Assembly (NCBI RefSeq): GCF_001194135.2
Contig: NC_068990.1
Coordinates: forward strand, 30,146,432 to 30,210,431
Source: Octopus bimaculoides
Taxonomy: Eukaryota
DNA: 64,000 nt
Direction of reading: 5' to 3'
The position numbers and the translations under genes were made by a program. The notes beneath the pieces were generated by a model. That model was not told the DNA's origin, ran no database searches, and saw only the letters and a program-made list of their open reading frames with translations. Below, piece after piece: positions 54,267-61,097 of this stretch. Every line of letters starts with the position of its first letter. Within the stretch, counting starts at the first letter, position 1.

Positions 54267-55663
54267 CATAAACACACTGATACACTTACTCATACATACT
54301 CTCACACTCTCTCATATATACACACACTTTACAAAGTCACCCACACGCATACACACACAATGATACATACTCTCACACTCTCTCATATATATACACATTT
54401 TACAGAGTCATGCACACACACATACACATACAGACATACTGATACACTTATACATACTCTCACACTCTCTCTCATATACACACTTTACAAAGTCACACAC
54501 ACACACACTAATTTATTATTGGAAGCAGCTGGAAGACTTCATTAAAAGACACTAAACTGTCTTCTTATATTACTTCTTAGAAGGAATCCAATATTATGAA
54601 GATCAATTATTGATTTTTAGCTTTGAATGGAGATCATAAATTTATGGGAGAAATGTGTAGTTAGTTCAATGAACTCCAGTACATGATTGATGCTTCTTTC
54701 ATTGGCTAAAGGGGTAATGTGAACTGGACAATAAGGGATATAACTCATCTCTGTCATCCTACTACTTGTGCCCCTCTTCTATCATCCTGGGTTAACTATA
54801 ATATTATTGTTTCTTTATGCCAGATCAGACTGGTGCCTGGTGCAGCCTCCTGGCTTCCCAGACCCCAGTAGGACTGTCTGACCCATGCTAGCATGGAAAA
54901 CGGATGTTAAATGATGATGATAATGAAGATGATGTCACTCACTAAAAATGTTTTTGTTTTTATTTCCAGCATTGACATTCTTTTACAGAGCAGAGAAGCA
55001 AATCCTGAAGAAATCCTTCGAAGTCTTGGATTTGGATCTTCCCAAAACGATGAGGTCAAGGCACGGATTCCGCAACGTTTCTTTTCTGATTCTAAGTTCT
55101 GCATTGACGACTTTAAACAAAGATCCGAACTACAAGAACTTTTTGATTCCTGGAAATCTGAAAAAAATTCCTCAGGTCAGTTTTTAAATCCAGTCCATGT
55201 TAGTGAAACCATTCAGTTTTTTTCAGTGAATGAAGTCCCTTCACGTTACATGCAACCGAGCAGTTTGACCATGCGGTCAATCATGGGTGCGCAGAAAAAA
55301 ATTGAAGAAGAAAAAGAAAAGCAACAACAGCAACAACAACAACAAAAGCCATCAGAAGACAAGACACAAAATGCAGAAAAAGCTGCTTTATCTTGCAAAC
55401 TGGAAGAAAACCAGAAATCTCCAAAAAAGTTTGTAAAGCCTTCAGATGTTAATAAACGAATTTTAGAAGAGACAAAGGCTTCGGTCAAACATTCTACAAA
55501 TAAGTCTCACAGTCCTTACCATTCTCCCATACGGAACCCACTCCTTTCAGATCTCACTTTAAATGAAGAAGCATTCGATGATGTCAGTTGGTCATCGGAA
55601 TCTAGTATTGCTATCACATCTTACATGAATATCCGTCTCGCTCCAAATGAGACTTTAGTATAG
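1714..55663 (+). CDS. ITPRID: Spliced gene (5'-partial, 6 coding exons, about 565 aa) for a KRAP/SSFA2/TESPA1-family IP3-receptor-interacting protein
   Basis: Join 1714-2190, 26843-26912, 36483-36622, 37833-37980, 46464-46631, 54970-55663. Every junction is AG/GT and the phases chain 1>1>2>1>2>2>stop with no internal stop. Motifs KTQQWL, GTNSSSIDILLQSREANPEEILRSLGFG and IPQRFF match the KRAP_IP3R_bind region as recalled from vertebrate KRAP (EKIAIWL, SSVSELL..YEEDPEEILYNLGFG, IPSRFF). The family can be assigned, but not the specific paralogue. Confidence 0.85.
2885..2990 (-). mobile_element. RTE ORF2 C-terminal fragment
   Basis: Minus-strand ESCVKKCHSQTVEGIQDRGRPRKTWNEVVKH. Confidence 0.7.
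3060..3168. mobile_element. Partial hAT MITE end
   Basis: TIR-like GTTTGAGAAGCACTG at 3154-3168 followed by CTTTACAC. No matching left end was found, so the left boundary is approximate. Confidence 0.4.
4165..4525 (-). mobile_element. RTE LINE 3' end (ORF2 C-terminus contiguous with the tail)
   Basis: The minus strand reads VEGTCGRGRPRKT*DEV directly into the tail shared with 59560-59740. Further tails (approximate): 3835-3965(-), 4055-4145(-), 5455-5610(-), 6450-6650(+), 8490-8690(+), 9435-9710(-), 21405-21790(+), 33200-33515(+), 35775-35990(-), 41550-41780(-), 43115-43230(-), 45420-45670(-), 47310-47485(+), 50660-50945(-), 52970-53140(+), 54820-54935(+). Confidence 0.75.
7817..7870. repeat. 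(TTC)n microsatellite
   Basis: About 18 uninterrupted units; source of the poly-L/F/K ORFs. Confidence 0.95.
8021..8315 (-). mobile_element. SINE with a different tRNA head and core but the same 3' tail as the 20638 family
   Basis: Minus strand: GGCTTAGTGGTCAGGG...GGGTTCGATTCCC, core TGTGTTCTTGAGCAAGACACTTC, then the shared tail (GGGCCAGCTTTGTCACA...GATCAACTGGAATCC). A head-and-core-only copy is at about 1165-1280(+). Confidence 0.75.
10069..11147 (-). mobile_element. Decayed mariner (DD34D, Hsmar1/SETMAR-like) transposon
   Basis: Minus-strand ORFs 10894..11130 (HTH: EFCRGTNASQTAQNINEV...RWFEKF) and 10263..11114 (KWVPQEM, YDERW, LQDNGRPH, YSPDLAPTDY; 34 aa between D2 and D3). The C-terminus ...KWQNCVDNLGAYFD* lies in another frame and ends at 10141. 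Frameshifts near 10300, 10920 and 11115. Putative TIR at about 10069-10105 next to (TA)n; the other end is truncated at a (CAT)n tract. Confidence 0.92.
15984..17274 (+). mobile_element. Full-length (1291 bp) decayed DD37D maT/Bmmar1-type Tc1-mariner element
   Basis: Imperfect TIRs of about 30 bp (CTAGACGTCTCAGAAAGATTTACC / GGTAAATCTTTCTGGGACACCCAG) with TA on both sides. Remnant motifs KMARELNISKFSMHKIAKEDF, GVMVWIAI and QDSALVH...PPSNPGINPMDF, with exactly 37 aa between D2 and D3. Multiple stops and frameshifts. Confidence 0.9.
18570..18880 (+). mobile_element. Probable old LINE (RTE-like) C-terminal remnant
   Basis: Purine-rich segment with weak similarity to the W-P..GKR..GRP..W region. 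Heavily decayed. Confidence 0.35.
20638..20998 (+). mobile_element. Full-length tRNA-derived SINE, head GGCGCAATGGCCCAGTGGTTAGGG
   Basis: A box TGGCCCAGTGG and B box GGTTTCAATTCCC. Matching copies at 27341-27698(-), 63355-63700(-) and a 5'-truncated copy at 185-423(+). Confidence 0.85.
21405..21790 (+). mobile_element. RTE 3' UTR copy with about three 66-bp units
   Basis: Repeated CACCATT..AGCATGGT..TTGCCA...CCTGACTGGC..TGCCAGTGGCAC units, followed by the standard tail and a GAC/GAT/TAT microsatellite. Confidence 0.75.
26843..26912 (+). CDS. Coding exon B (70 nt, phase 1 to 2): (E)KHDFNSKSMQDNTEWPSENLSK
   Basis: Acceptor ttttcattctttctttAG and donor AT|gtaagt. Open in the phase required by exon A. 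Confidence 0.7.
27341..27698 (-). mobile_element. Full-length SINE of the 20638 family, inverted orientation
   Basis: The reverse complement aligns end to end with 20638-20998 (roughly 85-90% by eye). Confidence 0.85.
28820..29160 (+). mobile_element. RTE-clade LINE reverse-transcriptase remnant
   Basis: HQGSILIPLLFVVVMEVL...LPLELLSSDDLIFITESMDELQ is a decayed QGSxLSPLLF / YADD region. Confidence 0.75.
29185..29440 (-). mobile_element. CR1-clade LINE ORF2 C-terminal remnant
   Basis: TCGHAYKVRKQH...FRKHFFTLRVAEAWNKLPASVV...IASFK matches the CR1/L2 C-terminal signature TRGH...FFS.RV..WN.LP. Confidence 0.8.
31397..31778 (+). mobile_element. Full-length tRNA-derived SINE with an internal (TA)/(TG) microsatellite
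   Basis: Head TGGCTGTGTGGTAAG...GGTTCAGTCCC, core CTTGGGCAAGTGTCTTCTACTATAGCC...GGAAACTGAAAGAAGCC, microsatellite at 31553-31590, tail ...GGTGCTCCAGCATGGCCACAGTCAAATGACTGAAAC. Other full copies: 17745-18130(-), 22370-22690(+), 47610-48025(-), 49955-50400(+). Partial copies: 849-1000(-), 5000-5215(+), 6165-6315(-), 11905-11990(+), 12470-12595(-), 15775-15955(-), 17510-17660(-), 40135-40270(+), 52385-52530(-), 61815-62000(-). Confidence 0.85.
32745..32831. repeat. (CA)n microsatellite, about 43 units
   Basis: Read directly. One of dozens of (TA)n, (CA)n, (GA)n, (AAT)n and (CAT)n tracts, e.g. 19742-19800, 20260-20320, 53695-53760. Confidence 0.95.
34587..34856. repeat. Fold-back element: imperfect inverted arms of about 87 bp (34587-34675, 34772-34856) with a 96-bp spacer
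   Basis: Reverse complement of arm 1, CATATGAGGGTTTTCTCTCATGG..AATAATGCAGTGTTTTGTGTTCTAGCACAGCATCCACTTTTAAGTGGAGATAAA, against arm 2, CATATGAGAGGTCCTCTCATGA..ATTATGCAGTATTCTGGGTTCTAACACAACATTCAGTTTTAAGTGGGGATAAA. Confidence 0.85.
36483..36622 (+). CDS. Coding exon C (140 nt, phase 2 to 1): (I)PSQSTPQSSELYESKVKDTAAPCKKVPHNTPHDVPHGVDDLPLGVE
   Basis: Acceptor tttttgttatttcattactcaacAG and donor GAAG|gtttgt. Lies in track ORF 36382..36804. Its phases exactly bridge exons B and D. Confidence 0.7.
37833..37980 (+). CDS. Coding exon D (148 nt, phase 1 to 2) with five 24-bp/8-aa repeats: (A)NTLNEIPASKLNEMSPSKPNETTASTINETPVNNLNKMTLSSTSDENE
   Basis: Acceptor tttattgttgtttaccAG and donor GAG|gtaggt. 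Open in the required phase. Confidence 0.75.
39140..39445. repeat. Cryptic (GGT/GAT) trinucleotide low-complexity region followed by (GA)n
   Basis: Read directly. A similar region lies at 3490-3665. Confidence 0.8.
41090..41535 (+). mobile_element. 5' fragment of a second DD37D-like transposon family (leader plus HTH region)
   Basis: Remnant translation LRTVQRI*KELDEFNGDYEATAA...TPEFVGEIPAMIDNDPS...SITRDMGVSEFLIRQVMHEDI. The leader is nearly identical to 43290-43490. Truncated at about 41540 by an RTE remnant. Confidence 0.75.
43276..43808 (+). mobile_element. Internally deleted copy of the same DD37D-like family (leader joined to the catalytic region)
   Basis: The leader shared with 41090-41275 jumps at about 43492 to NTQNNRWLA..KHPINIMVFRLITNDGDIIPPFI..NTEAYIKYLEEVVLPWVK..GRPYIWQQDSAPCYTSKRTQPWL, then runs into a 40-bp minisatellite. 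Confidence 0.8.
43809..44074 (+). repeat. Minisatellite of about 40 bp, 7 units of two types (A B A B B A B)
   Basis: A = ..CCTCTGTGAG..CAACACTCAAAAC; B = GAACTCA.CCACTTGCCTCCATGAGGCCCAATG.CCAAAG. Confidence 0.88.
44268..44488. mobile_element. piggyBac-type MITE (about 220 bp)
   Basis: TTAA on both sides (44264-44267, 44489-44492). Termini are CTCTTTAAC (degenerate) and GCTAAAGGG. Confidence 0.7.
46464..46631 (+). CDS. Coding exon E (168 nt, phase 2 to 2): (S)KPFENSTDVAGEKPASKDTTQLVINPQDKTQQWLHTLTGRQHSFGSDLSAGTNSS
   Basis: Acceptor ttcttctgattttctttCAG and donor TAG|gtcagt. DKTQQWL (46546-46566) resembles the conserved K-I-x-x-W-L motif that precedes the KRAP IP3R-binding core. Confidence 0.8.
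49132..49325. mobile_element. piggyBac-type MITE (194 bp)
   Basis: TTAA-CCCTTCTGCTAC ... TGACAAAAGGG-TTAA. Confidence 0.72.
53262..53975 (+). mobile_element. Three head-to-tail SINEs with head GAGCTGGCAGAAT..TTAGC
   Basis: Recurring TTCTGAGTTCAAAT...GACTTTGCCTTTCATCC...GATAAA.TAAGTAC core at about 53262, 53500 and 53765. Other copies: 14450-14530, 19800-19935(-), 20330-20530(-), 29680-30065(-, two), 38400-38645, 42135-42265, 51010-51205. Confidence 0.8.
54275..54510 (+). repeat. Three degenerate CA-rich units of about 80 bp
   Basis: ATACTCTCACACTCTCTCATAT...TTTACA(A/G)AGTCA is repeated three times. Confidence 0.8.
54970..55663 (+). CDS. ITPRID: Terminal coding exon F (694 nt): KRAP IP3R-binding core, Q8 tract, ends ...APNETLV*
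   Basis: Acceptor tttttgtttttatttcCAG; track ORF 54911..55663. NPEEILRSLGFG...RIPQRFF at 55001-55084, polyQ at 55322-55345, stop TAG at 55661-55663. Confidence 0.88.
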
Positions 55664-56347
55664 ATGGATGTACACCTGTTTCTTTCAGTCGTAAGTAGAC
55701 CACCAAAGTGGTACCATCTCACAGAGCTGCTACTGTCTGTTGCAACATGTAGATTACATAGAGTGCACCCTCACTTCTCCTCCCAGCATGCAACATTCCA
55801 GTAAAATGCTTAAGCAGAGCAAATTTTGTCCTAGAGAAGAGAACATATTTATTACAAAGAGAAAAAACAAGCAAGCAGGATTGGTATGTCACAGAATAAT
55901 AGTGTCTATCACAAATTCTTGACAATATGGCATCAATCTGAATTCCTTACCTGAGACAACAAAAGAAAAACCAGGTACCACTACATCTGGTACCCTTTGA
56001 CCTTTGGGTGGTGCGCAGCCAGTATCATATCTCCCTGCAAAATTATGTTTTACCAAAGATTTGCATGTTCTCCTTCCTGTCTGTGGTAGAATTAGTGCAA
56101 AAAAAATGAAGGGAATTTGCAGATATTTTCGTTATTTTGGTTCCATGTCATCTAGATGTGCATGATGGAGAATAGTGAAGAAGGTATTGTATTTTTGTCC
56201 AGCACCTATTGTTGTTGTTATCATTATTGTTGTTGTTGCAATGATACCTTCGTTTGACTTGAACATTAAAACATGTGGAACATCCAATTAAATTCTGGAA
56301 TGTTCACTACACAGCATTCAAAGAAACTACAACTCCAAATAGACATA

Positions 56348-56379
<32 letters not shown>

Positions 56380-57189
56380 TACATATATGTATATATATAT
56401 ATATATGTATATATATANNNNNNNNNNNNNNNNNNNNNNNNNNNNNNNNNNNNNNNNNNNNNNNNNNNNNNNNNNNNNNNNNNNNNNNNNNNNNNNNNNN
56501 NNNNNNNNNNNNNNNNNTATACATATATATACATAAATATATGTGTGTGTGTGTGTATATATATATATAGAGAGAGAGTATGTGAGTGTGTATACATCCA
56601 CATGTACACGCTCCAATTCACATATTTGTAGACGTGTGTGTGTGTATGAAGAGTTTGATTGCAAAGCGCAATAAATCCATTTTTACTGAATTGAGAACAA
56701 TAAGATTTTCTCTTACAAATATTTCTTGAAGGGTCACACCCATAATTTTATTTGTGATTATCTAAACTCTATGAAAATATCAAAATCACACATTCCGCTA
56801 TAATCTAAGTATGCAAGATTTCAAGGAAAATCAATGTATTTTATTGGTTTTTAGTCAAAACGCAATAAATCCGTCATGTCCTTTTATTGCCAAATGCAAT
56901 AAATCCAAGCTGTCCATTATACAAGGGTATTTATTAAATTTTAACATTGGGCAGCAGGTAGATCTCACACACACACACTGGTTGGAGCAACCGGACATGC
57001 AGAGACAATCATTTGTACACAAGACAGTGTACATCTCACACAAACACATGCATGTGGACATGCACGCACACATACACACACACAATGCAAAGATTAAGGG
57101 CAGTGGAACAACCAGACAGATTTACACACACATTATGTAATACAACATTGCACACACACACACCCGCACTCGCTCTTTTTTCTCTCATG

Positions 57190-57290
57190 CACGCGCGCAC
57201 ACACACACCACACGTGCCATGCCATGCGCTCACGCGCGCACACACACACCACACGTGCCATGCCATGCGCTCACGCACACACACACACAC
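57190..57290 (+). repeat. CpG-rich tandem of about 40 bp, 2.3 copies
   Basis: CACGCGCGCACACAC(AC)ACCACACGTGCCATGCCATGCGCT is repeated. Confidence 0.85.
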
Positions 57291-58433
57291 ACACTGTGCC
57301 GCATGCTCACACTCCAACACACACACATACTTTATTTTTGTTATAGCCATAAACTGTTTAACTATATCATTCTAAGTCAACTTAGAATATTAAAATTTGT
57401 GTGTACATCCATACATATTTAAGGGTTAATAAGAAAAAAAAGTCCTGCTGTTTTACTTAATGTTTTCAATTTTCTAGCTTGATGTTCAAATTTGGTCTGT
57501 CTATTGACAGAATTCCCACCTGACAGTTACATGTGTGTAATGCTTTCATGAACAAAATTCTAGACTTCTCATGTTACTTGATATAATTCAGATTTTCAAA
57601 GTATTGGCACAGATAAGCCTTCTCTATTTATGTCATAATACGGATCATTGATATGTGATCAGGATTCCAAGAACAGTAAAGAATATTCATTTTATTGCTG
57701 TTATCCCTGCTTCAACACTCACAGCATGTGTCAATAGACCAGTTCAATAACGTATTCAGATTTTAATGTTTTATCCTGACAGCCCTGGTAGCCAGCTTTT
57801 TTATATGTGGCAGCTAACTGCTTTTCCCCAAAAAAATAATGACAATGCATGTTGCACACATAAGTAAACTGTTGCTATGTCGGGCTGAGACAAACCTTTG
57901 TGGTTGTCAGAAGCATATGGTGTGTTTCACAGGTAGTGTCTTTTTCCAATGGTAGGCTCTTTCCATTGCTATGTAAATTTTTGTGGAAAAAGAATCCCGC
58001 AGTGTACTTTTTCCTTTTTCCACTTCATATGTTACTTCATCCCTCACTACCCTAAGCGTATGCATTACATCTGAATTTATTCGTGAACTGGTATATTGGC
58101 CTTGAATCTATGGTTCATTTTCTCTCTCATCATCATAGGAAGTGTTACTATTTTCCTCTCGTCGTGTATCCCATGTATTGCTGAGAGCATGGATATAGAA
58201 TACATCTTCACGAATACCAATTTCAGACAGCAGCTTTTCCACATCTTTTTTTTTTTCAGTTAACTGTCACTGTGGGGCTTTAATACTTTATGGTTAGGTT
58301 TCATTGCTAACTTGGGAAAATGGGCAGTCCTAAGACATAAAGGTGGGCACAGGAAATGACCCCTCAGAATACTGCTTCAGTGAAAGAGAAATTCTAAATT
58401 GGTGCTGAGGAAAGTTTAAACTAAAGTCTAGCA

Positions 58434-58774
58434 CAATGATTTGCAACCATTTTTTGTTTTTATCTATAGATCCCTTTGATTCCTATTTTATTCTGATGGA
58501 TCCCCAGAGCTATTTGATATTTTACAGATTCTTCTTTCAAAATCCCTATTTTGTCTCCCACCTAACCACTTGTGTAAGTCTGCAGTTACGCTCTCATTCA
58601 GTGGCCAGAAACATGTTGAGTTATGTAAAACATTAAAGAAAGAAATCTTGCAGTTTCTTGCAATAAATATTTCTAAAGCAAACTATTTTCTCATGGACCT
58701 GTAAACTAGAGTTTACTATTTTGCTTGCATGGACCCCTAAAAATCTTATATGGACCACCAGTTGAGAACCACTG
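58434..58774. mobile_element. hAT (Charlie/Buster-type) MITE, 341 bp
   Basis: Exact 8-bp TSD GTCTAGCA at 58426-58433 and 58775-58782 (nnnTAnnn pattern). Right TIR GTTGAGAACCACTG; degenerate left TIR CAATGATTTGCAACC. Confidence 0.8.
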
Positions 58775-59009
58775 GTCTAGCACAAAGAGATATTAAAGGA
58801 AAGTTGAGGAAAAAAATAAAATGTTGTTGTTCCCTCTGTTGAACAACAAATGATTTCTCTCTTCAAGAATATAAAAGTTCTCTGTATAAAGCATGATTAA
58901 AAATGGTTATGTTTTACGGCAGCAAGGAATAGATATGGATTGTGGATGATTTGTGGAGGCTAGAGACAATGAGATGTGGGTATGTATGATCTAATAGATG
59001 TGTAAAGTT

Positions 59010-59740
59010 TATCAGAATGAGCATCTGGGCATTAAAGACATCAACAAGAGTGTGAAGAAGAGACAACTTCACATGTATGGCATGAATGGTCATGTGATGC
59101 ACTTGAACAATAAGTATGGCATGTAAAGTACCATTAGTGGAGAAAAGATGTCTGGATTTCACACAAGAGCTGACAAAAGACCCCCAAGACAGCATTGTGT
59201 GTGTGTGTATCATAGTACTGACCACGTAAAAAGCACCATTCGAGCACGGTCGATGTCAGTGTCACCTGACTGGCTCCTGTGCTGGTGGCACGTAAAAAGC
59301 ACCATTCGAGCACGGTCGATGCCAGTGTCACCTGACTGGCTCCTGTGCTGGTGGCATGTAAAAAGCACCATTCGAGCACGGTCGATGCCAGTGTCACCTG
59401 ACTGGCTCCTGTGCTGGTAGCATGTAAAAAGCACCATTCGAGCACGGTCGATGCCAGTGCCACCTGACTGGCTCCTGTGCTGGTGGAGCATAAAAAGCAC
59501 CATTCAAGTATGGTTGATGCCAGTGCCACCTGACTGGCTCCTGTGCCAACGACACGTAAAAAGCACCCAATACACTCTCAGAGTGGTTGGCGTTAGGAAG
59601 GGTGTCCAGCTGCAGAAACCTTGCCAGATGAGATTAGAGCCTGGTGTATCCTTCTGGCTTGCCAGTCCTCAGCCAAACCATCCAACCCATGCCAGCATGG
59701 AAAGCAGACATTAAATGATGATGATGATGATGATGATGAA
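59010..59740 (+). mobile_element. RTE LINE 3' end: ORF2 remnant, five 66-bp repeats, conserved tail and (TGA)n
   Basis: LGIKDINKSVKK...GHVMHLN remnant at 59010-59190, 66-bp array at 59223-59552, tail ...CCAACCCATGCCAGCATGGAAAGCAGACATTAAA(TGA)n. Confidence 0.8.
59223..59552 (+). repeat. Tandem array of 5 x 66 bp
   Basis: CA(C/T)GTAAAAAGCACC-type unit starts at 59223, 59289, 59355, 59421 and 59487. The track ORFs show a 22-aa period. Confidence 0.95.
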
Positions 59741-60244
59741 CGACCTTATACACACATATGTGTGTGTGTGTGTGTTCTTTTACACTGATTGACAACTGAT
59801 GTTAGTTTGTTGACATTCCCCTGACTTAGCAGTGATAAAAGAGACAGATATACATTACGGTTGGCCTGTTCAGTGATGTGCCGCAGCAGCAGCAGCAGCA
59901 TCATGTCTGAAGTCCAATGAATGAAGCTTTGATAACAGGTAGGCTAGATCAAGGCTAACCTGCAGTTGGTTAATATTTAATTGAGCTACACCATCAGTAA
60001 CAGAACTAGAGATTAGTAATAAATCCTTATTAAGTCTATCAAAAGTTTATCTCTGAACTTTGATCCAGATATGGTATCTATGTTGGTGTTTTATAGAAGA
60101 AACAGTCTGCTTGTTTCCATCATGATATTGTCCATTTAATATGGGGATTAAGGTAGACTATGGTTTACTTTCAATTATAATACCCAACGTGTATACTAAG
60201 ATATACATATGTCAGGTGTGTGATACTTTCTTTACCTTTGGCTA

Positions 60245-60295
<51 letters not shown>

Positions 60296-60438
60296 CATTT
60301 AAACAATATATTATCTAAAATTAAATTGTAAATTAGAAGCAATCTAAACGTTAACGCTGTCACATGTATATACAATGTATATATTTTGTTTAAACATTTA
60401 TTAGCTGCGGTATTTTGTCCAGGGAAAATTCCCTTTAA

Positions 60439-60657
60439 CCCTTTCATTACCAACCTGGCTGAAACCAGCTCTGGCTCTGTAGTGCAAATGTCTTGTTTTT
60501 ATAAGTTTTGAATTAAAATCTTCCACCAAACTTTAGTCACAATTTATGTTCCTAACACTAGCTTAATGATAACTAAGTTATTTTACTAAATTCTTTGTTA
60601 TATTTAAAGTAATTGAAAGAAACACAGCATCTCAACAGAAATACAGTAACAAAAGGG
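60439..60657. mobile_element. piggyBac-type MITE (219 bp)
   Basis: TTAA-CCCTTTCATTACC ... GTAACAAAAGGG-TTAA. Termini are related to the 49132 element. Confidence 0.78.
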
Positions 60658-61040
60658 TTAAGACATCAAATGTTATAAAAAAAAACACTGAATATCTCTG
60701 AATACCAGACAAAACAAAAGGTGAATGAGGATGGTGGATATCAATATTTTGTTGTTATTTCAGCTCGTCAGCACCGTATACTTGAATCTCACCTCAAAAC
60801 AAATTTGGATTACTGGTCTGTGGTATATATGCAAATAGTGTAAAATCTATCTGCTGATGTGTAACAATGCTGCACAAGTGAAACAAAATTCAATTTTGAA
60901 TCAGAAGTAACTCAAATAATGTACACATTCACTGTGTGACATTGGTCATGTTGACAATATTATTACTTGTTTCCCATCTTCTTTTAGTCCTATCTCTTGT
61001 CCTCTGAGATTCTTCTTTGTAATCCACTCTTCGTTCTCTT

Positions 61041-61097
61041 CTTTCCCCAGCTTTCTCTTCTTTCCCCAGCTTTCTCTTCTTTCCCCAGCTTTCTCTT
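61041..61097 (+). repeat. 3 x 19-bp tandem CTTTCCCCAGCTTTCTCTT
   Basis: Three exact copies. Confidence 0.92.

Noticed and set aside
55740-55922. ORF just downstream of the stop as a frameshifted continuation of the gene
   Set aside because: It is separated by stops in its own frame, shows no SSFA2_C-like features, and the upstream frame already ends in a plausible PDZ motif.
57400-57428. piggyBac MITE right end (TAAGGG-TTAA)
   Set aside because: No matching left terminus was found.
59223-59552. 66-bp array as a CRISPR array or repeat-protein CDS
   Set aside because: The units are wholly repeated with no unique spacers, there are no cas genes, and the context is eukaryotic. The array is part of an RTE 3' UTR, and the ORFs are open only because 66 is divisible by 3.
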